Source of the DNA: Serratia sp. (in: enterobacteria)
Lineage (GTDB): Bacteria > Pseudomonadota > Gammaproteobacteria > Enterobacterales > Enterobacteriaceae
DNA length: 30,000 bases
Direction: 5' to 3'
Assembly (NCBI RefSeq): GCF_051654945.1
Contig: NZ_JBOFZA010000076.1
Span: 19,279-49,278, forward strand
This document shows positions 9,250 to 18,840 of this stretch, piece by piece. A program made the translations under genes and the position numbers. A model generated the notes under the pieces. The model saw only the letters and a program-made list of their open reading frames with translations. It was not told where the DNA came from and did not search any database. The first letter of the stretch is position 1; each line of letters starts with the position of its first letter.

Positions 9250-9270
9250 GGAGGCGCTGACACCGCCTCC
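9250..9270. terminator. Hairpin between the convergent emrY and arsC genes
   Basis: GGAGGCG (9250-9256) pairs with CGCCTCC (9264-9270) across a 7-nt loop, followed by TGATTT. It sits in the 41-bp gap between two converging stop codons. Confidence 0.5.
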
Positions 9271-9274
9271 TGAT

Positions 9275-9694
9275 TTACTTAATCCGCTTACCGAGCTCAT
9301 CCACGATCTTTTCGCCATCCTCTTTTGCCAATGCCCCCATTTGCGGATTGGGCAAGATATCCAGTACCACCTCAGACGGGCGACATAGACGAGTCCCCAG
9401 CGGCGTCACCACGATTGGGCGATTAATCAGGATCGGATGCTGCAACATAAAATCGATCAGCTGCGGGTCACTGAACCGCTCCTCTGCTAGCCCCAACTGC
9501 TCGTAAGGTTCCACATTTTTGCGCAGTAAGGCCCGGACGCTTATCCCCATATCGGCGATAAGCTTCATCAGTTCGTCGCGGCTTGGCGGTGTCTCAAGGT
9601 AATAGACGATCGTTGGCTCGGTGCCGCTGTTGCGGATGAATTCCAGCGTATTACGCGAGGTGCCGCAGGCCGGGTTATGGTAAATGGTGATCAT
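9275..9694 (-). CDS. arsC: Arsenate reductase, glutaredoxin-coupled type (139 aa)
   Basis: ITIYHNPACGTSRNTLE.IRNSGTEPTI..YLE.PPSRDEL.KLIADMGISVRALLRKNVEPYEQLGLAE... is near-identical by eye to E. coli ArsC, including the catalytic Cys in HNPACGTSRN. Confidence 0.95.
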   Translation of the reverse strand: MITIYHNPACGTSRNTLEFIRNSGTEPTIVYYLETPPSRDELMKLIADMGISVRALLRKNVEPYEQLGLAEERFSDPQLIDFMLQHPILINRPIVVTPLGTRLCRPSEVVLDILPNPQMGALAKEDGEKIVDELGKRIK

Positions 9695-9706
9695 GGGTGT
9701 TCCCCG

Positions 9707-10996
9707 CTACATAGTGATTGATAGGCGTAACGCCAAAGCCGTCAGTGTGACCAACAGCACTGGCAGAGTCATAATGATCCCGGTGCGGAAGTAGTAGCCC
9801 CAGGTAATACTCATGTTCTTTTGCGCTAACACATGCAACCAGAGCAAGGTCGCCAGGCTGCCAATTGGCGTGATTTTTGGCCCCAGATCGCAGCCAATGA
9901 TATTGGCGTAAATCATGGCTTCCTTAACCACTCCCGACGCGGTACTGCCCTCTATGGACAGCGCACCAATCAGCACCGTGGGCATATTGTTCATTATGGA
10001 TGACAGGAACGCAGTCAGGAAGCCGGTACCGAGCGTGGCAGACCACAAACCGTTATCTGCCAGCAGGTTCAGCACGCCGGAGAGGTATTCCGTCAGCCCA
10101 GCGTTGCGCAGGCCATAGACCACCAGATACATCCCCAGCGAGAAAATCACGATCTGCCAAGGTGCGCCGCGCAGCACCTTCCCGGTGTCAATAGCATGAC
10201 CCCTTTTGGCCACCGTAAACAGGATCACCGCCCCTACCGCAGCAATAGCGCTAACCGGAATGCCGAGCGGCTCCAGCACAAAGAAACCAACCAACAGCAG
10301 GATTAATACCACCCAGCCAGTTTTGAACGTGGCCGGATCCTTAATGGCTTTCACCGGCTGTTTCAGTCGTGCAAGATCATAGGTTGGCGGAATATCTTTG
10401 CGAAAGAACAGATGCAGCATGACCAGCGTGGCGACGATCGCAGCAATATCGACTGGGACCATCACCGAGGCGTATTGCGTAAACCCCAAATTAAAGAAGT
10501 CTGCCGAGACAATATTAACCAGATTGGACACAATCAGCGGCAAGCTGGCGGTATCGGCAATAAACCCGGCAGCCATAACAAACGCCAGCGTAGTGCCTTT
10601 GCTGAACCCCAGCGCCAGCAGCATGGCGATCACGATAGGGGTCAGGATCAGCGCCGCGCCATCGTTGGCGAACAAGGCTGCCACAGCCGCGCCGAGTAAT
10701 ACGATATAGGTGAACAGCAGGCGTCCTCGTCCGTTACCCCAGCGGGAGACATGCAGTGCCGCCCATTCGAAAAAACCGGATTCATCGAGCAACAAACTGA
10801 TGATAATCACGGCAATGAAGGTCGCCGTGGCATTCCAGACAATATGCCAAACCACCGGGATATCGGCGATCTGCACCACTCCGGTGATCAAGGCCAGCCC
10901 CGCGCCGAGTACGGCGCTCCACCCAATCCCCAATCCTTTGGGCTGCCAGATCACCAGCACAATGGTCAGAATAAATATCGCCCCAGCCAACAGCAT
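9707..10996 (-). CDS. arsB: Arsenite efflux permease (429 aa from the ATG at 10996)
   Basis: [31 protein letters not shown]... matches the E. coli ArsB N-terminus and length. GAGGGA lies 8 nt upstream of the ATG at 10996. The ORF-track start at 11011 is a TTG inside the operator-like motif. Confidence 0.93.
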   Translation of the reverse strand: MLLAGAIFILTIVLVIWQPKGLGIGWSAVLGAGLALITGVVQIADIPVVWHIVWNATATFIAVIIISLLLDESGFFEWAALHVSRWGNGRGRLLFTYIVLLGAAVAALFANDGAALILTPIVIAMLLALGFSKGTTLAFVMAAGFIADTASLPLIVSNLVNIVSADFFNLGFTQYASVMVPVDIAAIVATLVMLHLFFRKDIPPTYDLARLKQPVKAIKDPATFKTGWVVLILLLVGFFVLEPLGIPVSAIAAVGAVILFTVAKRGHAIDTGKVLRGAPWQIVIFSLGMYLVVYGLRNAGLTEYLSGVLNLLADNGLWSATLGTGFLTAFLSSIMNNMPTVLIGALSIEGSTASGVVKEAMIYANIIGCDLGPKITPIGSLATLLWLHVLAQKNMSITWGYYFRTGIIMTLPVLLVTLTALALRLSITM

Positions 10997-11008
10997 AATT
11001 GTGTCCCT

Positions 11009-11040
11009 CAAATTTATATATGAATTTTCATATGTGTTAA
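11009..11040 (-). promoter_or_regulatory. Second ArsR-operator-like dyad, with a possible internal promoter, in the arsR-arsB spacer
   Basis: The minus strand reads TTAACA-N16-TATAAA and contains TCAT-ATATAAA-TTTG (plus 11009-11023). The TCAT-N7-TTTG spacing is what I recall for the ArsR footprint. It shares the GAAAATTC core with the arsR-proximal dyad at 11456-11488. Confidence 0.35.
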
Positions 11041-11050
11041 GCGAAAAAAT

Positions 11051-11401
11051 TTAGCTACACAGCGTCTTACCTTCGCGGGTACTGCTCGCCGCTGCCAGCT
11101 TCCGCGCCATTAACTGGACTTCATCCTGCTGGCTCAACCAGGCTTGTTCGACAACCAGGGCTGCCCATGCAGGGATATGGGGAGAAAGACGATAATGCAC
11201 CCACTTCCCCTGCTTACGATCCAGTAGTAATCCACACTCTCTAAGCATCGCCAGATGGCGCGAAATCTTCGGTTGCGACTCATCCAGCCCGGTACAGAGA
11301 TCGCAAACGCAAAGCTCTCCCAACGCTTTGAGCAACAACACGATACCCAGGCGGGTTTCGTCCGACAGGATTTTGAACAGTTGCAAGGAAGTCAGGGTCA
11401 T
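11051..11401 (-). CDS. arsR: ArsR/SmtB-family arsenic-responsive repressor (116 aa from the ATG at 11401)
   Basis: LQLFKILSDETRLGIVLLL...GELCVCDLCT.LD.SQPKISRHLA.LRE.GLLLDRKQGKWVHYRLSPHIPAWAA includes the ELCVCDLC metalloid-binding site. GGAGA lies 6 nt upstream of the ATG at 11401. The ORF-track start at 11413 is a GTG that contains that SD. Confidence 0.93.
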   Translation of the reverse strand: MTLTSLQLFKILSDETRLGIVLLLKALGELCVCDLCTGLDESQPKISRHLAMLRECGLLLDRKQGKWVHYRLSPHIPAWAALVVEQAWLSQQDEVQLMARKLAAASSTREGKTLCS

Positions 11402-11430
11402 CGCTTTCTCCACTCTCGGTAGTGGCTGAA

Positions 11431-11488
11431 ATGATACCCTTAAGCGTTTTCAAGTCAACAACACATTCGAATTTTCGTATATGTTTTC
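11431..11488 (-). promoter_or_regulatory. arsR promoter and operator region
   Basis: The minus strand has TTGACT (plus 11453-11458), a 16-nt spacer, then TATCAT (plus 11431-11436). It overlaps an imperfect dyad, AACACATTCGAA-TT-TTCGTATATGTT (plus 11459-11484), with TCGA-N7-GTTG in the position where E. coli has TCAT-N7-TTTG. Confidence 0.5.
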
Positions 11489-11636
11489 ACGCAGCGAAAA
11501 CACATCATGTGGCAATATATTCACACCCCGGCAACAAATAATATTGCACTAAATAATGTGAGCCTGTTCAAGACGGAAAATGCCCAATAATGCTATTTAT
11601 TCTGCATGGTTTTCTCTCACGTGGATCTGCGTAATC

Positions 11637-11993
11637 ATGAACCATTTAGAACTGCAGGCGCTACGTCAGCTTTTTTTTATGACGGTCGAAGAAAGTTCGG
11701 CTTATATTTCCCATGACAACAATCCGGTTACATGGCTGCAATGGGAACGAGGCGAAGGGGAAATCCCATCGGAAGTTATTGAAACATTCATGCAAATGAT
11801 TATAAAAAGAAAAACACACATCAATGCGATCATCGACAAGATCAATAGCCGTATTGGCAATAATACCATGCGTTTTTTTCCGGATTATGCCTCCTTCCTG
11901 GCGGTCTATCGCGAAGGGGACTATCTGCAATGGAAAATTTATCAATCTGTCGCCGCTCAGTTGTATGCTTATGATCTGGAACGGCTATGTTAA
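11637..11993 (+). CDS. ydiL: YdiL-like small HTH protein (DUF1870 / Aca2-like fold family), 118 aa
   Basis: MNHLELQALRQLFFMTVEE...INSRIGNNTMRFFPDY..F..VY..G....WKIYQSVAAQLYAYDLERLC matches my memory of E. coli YdiL in sequence and length. The ATG at 11637 is preferred to the upstream ATG at 11580. Confidence 0.85.
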   Translation: MNHLELQALRQLFFMTVEESSAYISHDNNPVTWLQWERGEGEIPSEVIETFMQMIIKRKTHINAIIDKINSRIGNNTMRFFPDYASFLAVYREGDYLQWKIYQSVAAQLYAYDLERLC

Positions 11994-12200
11994 ACATTAT
12001 TAATCAGACTTAATGATTAGACCGATCCGTTTCATCCACAACGCGATCATGCTTTCTATAAGGGGCGCTTATTAACAGCCCTGCCGGTAATGTTACCTAA
12101 CCCCATCCCCAACAACAGGTTAATACCTGTGAAAATTTCGGCTCCGCAGACCTCGCGGCGCGAATTGTTTATTACTGAACGCACTTTTGAGCAATAAAAT

Positions 12201-13409
12201 ATGGAAAACAAGTATGTACCCACGGCCCTGGGGCTGTATCTGAATTATCTGGTGCACGGTATGGGGGTGATATTAATCAGCTTGAATATGCCTTATCTGG
12301 CACAACAGTGGCACACCGATGCCGCTGGCATCTCGATCGTCATCTCGTCTTTAGGGATTGGCCGGCTGAGTGTTTTATTAGTCACCGGCATGTTATCCGA
12401 CCGTTTTGGTCGCAGGCCCTTTATTTTCCTGGGGATAATTTGCTATCTGGGTTTCTTTTTCGGCATTCTTATTAGCCACACCATTATTGTCGCTTATGTA
12501 TTTGGTTTTTTAGCCGGCGTCGCCAACAGTTTTCTCGACGCAGGCACCTATCCTACGCTGATGGAAGCGTTCCCCAAGTCACCAGGCACCGCCAATATCT
12601 TGATCAAAGCTTTTGTCTCTGGCGGCCAGTTTATGCTGCCTATGGTCATCAGCCTGCTGGTCTGGGCTGAGCTTTGGTTTGGCTGGTCGTTCCTGATCGC
12701 CGCTGGCATGATGCTGCTCAACGGTTTGTTCCTGCTGCGCTGTCCTTTCCCCGCTCATCCAGGGCGACGCGTGGCCGAACAGCCCGATCCTCAGGCGGGT
12801 ATCAACCACAGTTGTTCCATTGTAGATCTGGTCAGCTATACGCTCTATGGCTATATCGCCATGGCCACCTTCTATCTGATCAGCCAGTGGTTGGCGCAGT
12901 ATGGCCAGTTTGTGGCAGGTATGAGCTATACCCTGTCGATCAAGCTACTGAGCATCTACACCCTCGGTTCCTTGATGTGCGTATTCATCACCGCCGGGCT
13001 GGTAAAGAAAAGGTTTAGATCAAGCACTTTTCTGATGCTGTATACCTTCATCTCCTTTATTGCCTTACTCACCGTTTGTCTGTACCCCAATATGTACGTC
13101 GTGATGGTTTTTGCTTTCATCATCGGTTTCTCTGCCGCTGGGGGAGTCATGCAGCTTGGGCTGACGCTGATGGCTACCCGCCTTCCCCACGCGAAAGGCA
13201 AAGCCACCGGCATTTATTACAGCGCCGGCAGCCTGGCAACGTTCACCATTCCTTTGATTACCGCCAAAATTTCCGAAACCAGTATCGCCAACATAATGTG
13301 GTTCGATACCGGTATCGCAGCCTGTGGCTTCCTGTTGGCGCTGTTTATTGGCTATCGTAGTCATAAGGAGGCCAACAGTTCCCTTAAGATCGCCCAGATG
13401 GTGAGTTAA
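12201..13409 (+). CDS. ydiM: MFS transporter (402 aa)
   Basis: PTALGLYLNYLVHGMGV...SLGIGRLSVLL..G.LSDRFGRRPFI... is colinear with E. coli YdiM. The position between ydiL and ydiN is conserved. Confidence 0.88.
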   Translation: MENKYVPTALGLYLNYLVHGMGVILISLNMPYLAQQWHTDAAGISIVISSLGIGRLSVLLVTGMLSDRFGRRPFIFLGIICYLGFFFGILISHTIIVAYVFGFLAGVANSFLDAGTYPTLMEAFPKSPGTANILIKAFVSGGQFMLPMVISLLVWAELWFGWSFLIAAGMMLLNGLFLLRCPFPAHPGRRVAEQPDPQAGINHSCSIVDLVSYTLYGYIAMATFYLISQWLAQYGQFVAGMSYTLSIKLLSIYTLGSLMCVFITAGLVKKRFRSSTFLMLYTFISFIALLTVCLYPNMYVVMVFAFIIGFSAAGGVMQLGLTLMATRLPHAKGKATGIYYSAGSLATFTIPLITAKISETSIANIMWFDTGIAACGFLLALFIGYRSHKEANSSLKIAQMVS

Positions 13410-13440
13410 TTTCGCTGTTGTATGCCCCCCTCTTGCTATA

Positions 13441-13557
13441 TCTCCCTCTCCCCAACCCTCTCCCCAAGGAGAGGGAGCCGATCTGATGCCGTGGTCAGGT
13501 ACGGTTTTTATTATTAATCATTGGCTCGATCGGTCCCTTCTACTTTTAGGAGAGAGG
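13441..13557. repeat. GC-rich hairpin-ended intergenic repeat (BoxC/REP-like, MITE-like architecture), copy 1, partly degenerate
   Basis: The left end is CCCTCTCC-CCAA-GGAGAGGG-AGCCGATC (hairpin 13456-13475). The right end is GATCGGTCCCTTCTACTTTTAGGAGAGAGG (13528-13557). It belongs to the same family as 17012-17183 and 24674-24849. Confidence 0.7.
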
Positions 13558-13975
13558 CATTATTTCAAAACAGAAATCTGGTTTTATTTCTCCCTCTGAC
13601 AGCAGATACAACATTATTATGACCGCGTGCAATATGAGACAGAATTCCGCTAACCGCTGATACCTCAACAAAGTAAATAGCTTGTTAATAGCACTTGGCA
13701 TTCATCACACCCAGTCGGCAAACCCCGGACAGCAGCCATCTGTGCATAATTTACCAGACAAAACAGCGACACAATTCAGCAACACCCACCAGCATTTTTC
13801 TCTGCAATAAAGTTTAAAACTAAAACGGCATATTACGTACTTATCCCTCCGAGCGTTATTTATACTCACTACACGTTTCAGGCTGCTTTAAATAACTTAT
13901 TAACAAGAAAGGCCATCGAAAAAACATCCCCGGGATCCAGATAACGTAAAAAATTAGCGATAAGCGGAGAACAGC

Positions 13976-15211
13976 ATGAGCCAGAGCAAGGCCTTCAAAG
14001 CGCCATTTTTGTTGGCGGTCATCAGTATCTATTTAAGTTATTTTCTCCACGGTGCCAGCGTCATCACGCTGGCTCAAAACATGACGCCACTGGCCGAGAA
14101 GTTCGGCACCGACAATGCGGGCATTGCCTATCTGATATCCGGTATTGGCCTGGGTCGGCTGGTCAGCATTCTGTTCTTTGGCGTGATATCGGATAAGTTT
14201 GGCCGTCGCGCCGCCATTTTGATCGGCGTCGCCCTGTATATTCTGTTCTTCTTTGGCATCCCGGCCAGCCCTAATCTGATCGTCGCTTTTGGCCTGGCAG
14301 TCTGCGTGGGCGTTGCCAACGCGGCGCTCGATACCGGCGGCTATCCGGCCCTGATGGAGTGCTACCCCAAAACCTCCGGCTCGGCGGTGATCTTGGTGAA
14401 AGCCATGGTCTCTTTCGGCCAGATGTTCTATCCAATGTTGGTCAGCTATTTGCTGGTCAGCCATATCTGGTACGGCTACGCGATGGTCATCCCGGGGATC
14501 CTGTTCGTCCTGATCACGCTATTGCTGCTTAGAAGCAAGTTTCCCAGCCAGTTGGTCGATGCTGCCGTGGCCAAAGACTTGCCACAAATGAACAGTAAAC
14601 CGCTGGCCTGGCTGGAAGGCGTCTCCTCCGTCATCTTCGGCGTGGCCGCATTCTCTACCTTCTATGTGATCGTGGTCTGGATGCCGAAATACGCGATGGC
14701 ATTTGCCGGTATGGCGGAGGCCGATGCGCTTAAGACCATCTCCTGGTACAGCTTTGGCTCACTGATGTGCGTATTTATCTTCGCCCTGCTGTTAAAAAGC
14801 ACCGTGCGTCCGGTCTGGGCCAACGTGTTTAACGCCGGTGTCTCGGTGATCGCGGCAACCATTATTTATCTGTATCCCTCACCGTTGGTCTGCAACCTGG
14901 GTGCCTTTGCGATTGGTTTCTCTGCTGCCGGCGGGATATTGCAGCTTGGCGTCTCGGTAATGTCGGAGTTCTTCCCGAAAAGCAAAGCCAAGGTCACCAG
15001 CGTTTATATGATGATGGGAGGGTTAGCCAACTTCTTGATCCCATTGATTACCGGTTATCTCTCCACCGTCGGATTGCAATACATCATCCTGCTGGATATT
15101 GCCTTTGCCCTGCTGGCCTTTATCACCGCCATCATCGTCTTCATTCGCTATTACCGAGTATTCAAAGTCCCGCAAAGTGACCTGCGTTTGGGCGAGCGCT
15201 TTTTCCAATAA
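13976..15211 (+). CDS. ydiN: MFS transporter (411 aa), paralogous to ydiM
   Basis: Predicted 12-TMS MFS protein with the GLGRL....G..SDKFGRR motif. The position immediately upstream of ydiB matches E. coli. Confidence 0.85.
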   Translation: MSQSKAFKAPFLLAVISIYLSYFLHGASVITLAQNMTPLAEKFGTDNAGIAYLISGIGLGRLVSILFFGVISDKFGRRAAILIGVALYILFFFGIPASPNLIVAFGLAVCVGVANAALDTGGYPALMECYPKTSGSAVILVKAMVSFGQMFYPMLVSYLLVSHIWYGYAMVIPGILFVLITLLLLRSKFPSQLVDAAVAKDLPQMNSKPLAWLEGVSSVIFGVAAFSTFYVIVVWMPKYAMAFAGMAEADALKTISWYSFGSLMCVFIFALLLKSTVRPVWANVFNAGVSVIAATIIYLYPSPLVCNLGAFAIGFSAAGGILQLGVSVMSEFFPKSKAKVTSVYMMMGGLANFLIPLITGYLSTVGLQYIILLDIAFALLAFITAIIVFIRYYRVFKVPQSDLRLGERFFQ

Positions 15212-15261
15212 CCCACGCGGGCTTGCGCCCCACACGATCATGGTTAGACAAGGAGTTTAGA

Positions 15262-16128
15262 ATGGATGTTACTGCAAAATATGAGCTTATCGGGTTGATG
15301 GCCTATCCGATCAGACACAGTCTATCGCCAGAGATGCAAAATAAAGCGTTGGAAAAAGTCGGGCTGCCTTTTACCTATATGGCTTTCGAAGTCGACAACA
15401 CCACCTTCGCCAGCGCGATTGAAGGGCTTAAAGCGTTAAAAATGCGCGGCACCGGCGTCTCAATGCCTAACAAACAGTTTGCCTGCCAATATGTTGATGA
15501 ATTGACGCCGGCCGCCAAACTGGTCGGGGCCATCAACACCATTGTCAACGACGACGGCTATCTGCGCGGCTATAACACCGACGGTACCGGGCATATTCGT
15601 GCCATCAAGGAAACCGGTTTTGATATCAAGGGCAAAACCATGGTGCTGGTCGGCGCAGGTGGCGCTTCTACCGCTATCGGCGCGCAGGCGGCCGTTGAAG
15701 GCATCAAAGAGATCAAGCTGTTTAATCGTAAGGACGAGTTCTTTGATGAAGCCATCGCCTTTGCCAAACGCGTCAACGACAACACCTCATGCAAGGTGAC
15801 CGTGACCGATCTGGCAGACCAGGAGGCCTTTGCCAGCGCCATCGCCAGCGCAGATATCCTGACCAACGGCACCAAAGTGGGGATGAAGCCGCTGGAGAAT
15901 GAGAGCATCGTCAGCGACATTGCCCTGCTGCGCCCTGAGCTGCTGGTGACGGAGTGCGTCTATAACCCGCATATGACCAAATTGCTGCAAATGGCCCAAC
16001 AGGCAGGTTGCCAAACGGTGGATGGTTACGGCATGTTGTTATGGCAGGGTGCCGAACAGTTCAAACTGTGGACTGGCAAAGATTTCCCACTGGAATACGT
16101 GAAGCAGGTGATGGGATTCGCGGCGTAA
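15262..16128 (+). CDS. ydiB: Quinate/shikimate 5-dehydrogenase, NAD(P)-dependent (288 aa)
   Basis: [45 protein letters not shown]... is near-identical by eye to E. coli YdiB, with the same length. AGGAG lies upstream of the ATG at 15262. The ORF-track start at 15223 adds 13 unsupported codons. Confidence 0.95.
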   Translation: MDVTAKYELIGLMAYPIRHSLSPEMQNKALEKVGLPFTYMAFEVDNTTFASAIEGLKALKMRGTGVSMPNKQFACQYVDELTPAAKLVGAINTIVNDDGYLRGYNTDGTGHIRAIKETGFDIKGKTMVLVGAGGASTAIGAQAAVEGIKEIKLFNRKDEFFDEAIAFAKRVNDNTSCKVTVTDLADQEAFASAIASADILTNGTKVGMKPLENESIVSDIALLRPELLVTECVYNPHMTKLLQMAQQAGCQTVDGYGMLLWQGAEQFKLWTGKDFPLEYVKQVMGFAA

Positions 16129-16142
16129 TATTCCCGTAGAGC

Positions 16143-16166
16143 GTGGTGATAGATTTGAATCACCAC
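16143..16166 (+). terminator. Hairpin in the ydiB-aroD spacer (weak attenuator candidate)
   Basis: GTGGTGAT (16143-16150) pairs with ATCACCAC (16159-16166) across an 8-nt loop. No clear T-run follows. Confidence 0.25.
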
Positions 16167-16192
16167 CTTAATGATTCAGGTAACAGGTAAAA

Positions 16193-16945
16193 ATGAAAAC
16201 CATAACCGTAAAAAACATTGTGTTCGGCGAAGGCGCGCCAAAAATCATTGTTTCGCTGATGGCTAAAGATATCCCTGGCGTCATCGCCGAAGCGCAGGAT
16301 TATCGTCACGCCGATTTCGATATTCTGGAATGGCGCGTCGATCATTTTGCAGATGTCGCCACGCTCAGCAACGTGATAGCCGCCGCGCGCCAGATCAAAG
16401 CGATCATTGCCGACAAACCGCTGCTGTTTACCTTCCGCAGTGCCCAGGAAGGGGGTGAGCAAGCGCTTCCCCCACAGGCCTATATCGCGCTCAATCTGGC
16501 GTTGGTGGACAGTGGCCTGGTCGATATGATCGATCTGGAACTGTATACCGGTGACGATCTGGTCAGGGATGCCGTGGCTCACGCCCACGCCAACAACGTC
16601 AAAGTCATCATGTCGAATCATGATTTCCACCAGACGCCGCCGCAGGCGGAAATCGTCAAGCGCCTGTGCAAAATGCAGGAACTGGGCGCCGATATTCCGA
16701 AAATCGCCCTGATGCCGCAAAGCAACGGCGACGTATTAACGCTGCTGGCCGCGACGTTGGAAATGCACGAGCAACATGCCCACGGCCCGATCATCACCAT
16801 GTCGATGGCCAAAACCGGTATTATTTCCCGGTTAGCGGGCGAAACTTTTGGCTCGGCGGCCACCTTTGGCGCGGTCAAGAAAGCCTCCGCGCCCGGGCAA
16901 ATCTCTGTCACAGATTTACGTGCCATATTAAACATACTGCATTAA
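16193..16945 (+). CDS. aroD: 3-dehydroquinate dehydratase, type I (250 aa)
   Basis: [24 protein letters not shown]......A......[12 protein letters not shown]... plus a C-terminal ...PGQISV.DLR..L..LH. Colinear with E. coli AroD and at the conserved position. Confidence 0.95.
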   Translation: MKTITVKNIVFGEGAPKIIVSLMAKDIPGVIAEAQDYRHADFDILEWRVDHFADVATLSNVIAAARQIKAIIADKPLLFTFRSAQEGGEQALPPQAYIALNLALVDSGLVDMIDLELYTGDDLVRDAVAHAHANNVKVIMSNHDFHQTPPQAEIVKRLCKMQELGADIPKIALMPQSNGDVLTLLAATLEMHEQHAHGPIITMSMAKTGIISRLAGETFGSAATFGAVKKASAPGQISVTDLRAILNILH

Positions 16946-17011
16946 TTGCGTAGCGTACTGAAATAACTTTCGGCGGGAATAATATTATTCCCGCTTAAAT
17001 AACAAAGAATA

Positions 17012-17183
17012 CCCCTCACCCTAACCCTCTCCCACAGGGAGAGGGGATTGAACGTGCTATACATGAACTCCTGCACCTCTCCCACAGGGAGAGAGGATTG
17101 AACGTGCTATATATGAGCTCCTGCACCTAATTTCTGTGCTGGACTAGCTCCCTCTCCCTGTGGGAGAGGGATGGGGTGACGGG
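17012..17183. repeat. BoxC/REP-like composite element, copy 2, containing a 2 x 50-bp tandem duplication
   Basis: The inverted ends are CCCCTCACCCTAACCCTCTCCCACAGGGAGAGGGG (left) and CCCTCTCCCTGTGGGAGAGGGATGGGGTGACGGG (right). The internal units at 17026-17075 and 17076-17125 match at 47 of 50 positions. Confidence 0.85.
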
Positions 17184-17231
17184 AAATACACATTAATAAA
17201 TTAAATATCTTGGTCATCAACTGGAGTTATT

Positions 17232-18827
17232 ATGGATCTGGTAAAACCGAAAAGAATCAATGGCAGAGTGCCGGTATTATCGGCACAAGAGGCCGTGAAT
17301 TATATTCCTGACGAAGCCACCTTGTGCGTATTAGGTGCCGGCGGCGGTATTCTGGAGGCCACCACCTTAATTACCGCGCTGGCAGAAAAATATCAAACCA
17401 CGCAAACCCCGCGCGATCTGTCATTAATCAGCCCGACAGGATTAGGCGACCGGGCCGATCGCGGCATCAGCCCGCTGGCACAGGTTGGGCTGGTGAAGTG
17501 GGCACTGTGCGGGCATTGGGGGCAATCTCCACGCATCTCCGATCTGGCCGAGCAGAATCTGATTGCCGCCTACAACTATCCTCAGGGCGTGTTAACCCAA
17601 ACCCTGCGGGCCGCTGCGGCACATCAGCCGGGGATTTTAACCGATATCGGTATTGGTACCTTCGTCGACCCGCGTCAGCAAGGCGGCAAGCTCAATGAGG
17701 TGACCAAAGAAGATCTGATCAAGCTGGTCGAGATCGATAACCAGGAATACCTCTACTACAAGGCTATTGCGCCCAACGTTGCCTTTATTCGCGCCACCAC
17801 CTGCGACAGCGAAGGCTATGCCTCATTCGAAGATGAGGTGATGTATCTGGATGCGCTGGTGATTGCTCAGGCGGTGCATAACAACGGCGGCATCGTGATG
17901 ATGCAGGTGCAAAAGATGGTCAAGAAGGCCACGCTGCACCCTAAAGCGGTACGCATCCCTGGCTACCTGGTGGATATTGTCGTGGTCGATCCGCAGCAAA
18001 CACAGCTGTACGGCGGTGCCCCGGTAAACCGCTTTATCTCCGGCGATTTCGTGCTTGATGACAGCACCCAAATCGCCCTGCCCCTCAACCAACGCAAACT
18101 GGTGGCACGCCGTGCGCTCTTTGAGATGCGCAAAGGGGCGGTGGGTAACGTCGGGGTGGGCATTGCCGACGGTATCGGCCTGGTAGCCCGTGAAGAAGGC
18201 TGTGCCGATGATTTCGTGCTGACGGTCGAGACCGGCCCCATCGGCGGCATTACCTCACAGGGCGTAGCCTTCGGCGCGAACGTCAACACCCGTGCCGTAC
18301 TGGATATGACCTCTCAGTTCGATTTCTACCACGGCGGTGGCCTGGATGTCTGCTACCTGAGCTTTGCCGAGGTGGATCAACAGGGCAACGTCGGCGTGCA
18401 TAAATTCAACGGCAAAATCATGGGCACCGGTGGTTTTATCGATATCAGCGCCACGTCGAAAAAGATCGTTTTCTGCGGCACCCTCACCGCCGGCAGCTTA
18501 AAGACCGCGATCAACGACGGCAAGCTGAATATTGTGCAGGAAGGCCGCGTCAAAAAATTCATCAAGCAATTACCCGAAATCACCTTTAGCGGCAAAATCG
18601 CGCTCGAGCGAGGATTGGACGTGCGTTATATCACCGAGCGCGCGGTCTTTACGCTCAAAGAAGATGGCCTGCATCTGATTGAAATTGCCCCCGGTGTCGA
18701 TCTGGAAAAAGACATTTTGGCAAAAATGGATTTCGCCCCGGTTATTTCCCCGCAGCTAAAACTGATGGACGAAAGATTGTTTATCGACGGTGTAATGGGT
18801 TTCACTTTACCTGAATCAGTATATTAA
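17232..18827 (+). CDS. ydiF: Acyl-CoA:acetate CoA-transferase, fused alpha/beta subunits (531 aa)
   Basis: ...RINGRVPVLSAQEAVNYIPDEATLCVLGAGGGILEATTLITALA... is colinear over the full length with E. coli YdiF as I remember it. Confidence 0.93.
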   Translation: MDLVKPKRINGRVPVLSAQEAVNYIPDEATLCVLGAGGGILEATTLITALAEKYQTTQTPRDLSLISPTGLGDRADRGISPLAQVGLVKWALCGHWGQSPRISDLAEQNLIAAYNYPQGVLTQTLRAAAAHQPGILTDIGIGTFVDPRQQGGKLNEVTKEDLIKLVEIDNQEYLYYKAIAPNVAFIRATTCDSEGYASFEDEVMYLDALVIAQAVHNNGGIVMMQVQKMVKKATLHPKAVRIPGYLVDIVVVDPQQTQLYGGAPVNRFISGDFVLDDSTQIALPLNQRKLVARRALFEMRKGAVGNVGVGIADGIGLVAREEGCADDFVLTVETGPIGGITSQGVAFGANVNTRAVLDMTSQFDFYHGGGLDVCYLSFAEVDQQGNVGVHKFNGKIMGTGGFIDISATSKKIVFCGTLTAGSLKTAINDGKLNIVQEGRVKKFIKQLPEITFSGKIALERGLDVRYITERAVFTLKEDGLHLIEIAPGVDLEKDILAKMDFAPVISPQLKLMDERLFIDGVMGFTLPESVY

Positions 18828-18840
18828 AAGGAGTAAGGCT

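Noticed and set aside
17026-17125. Evenly spaced hairpin repeats that superficially resemble a mini-CRISPR array
   Set aside because: There are only two units, with a 50-bp period, and the 'spacers' are themselves duplicated (47/50 identity over the whole unit). No cas genes are present. The sequence belongs to the dispersed BoxC/REP-like family seen at two other sites.
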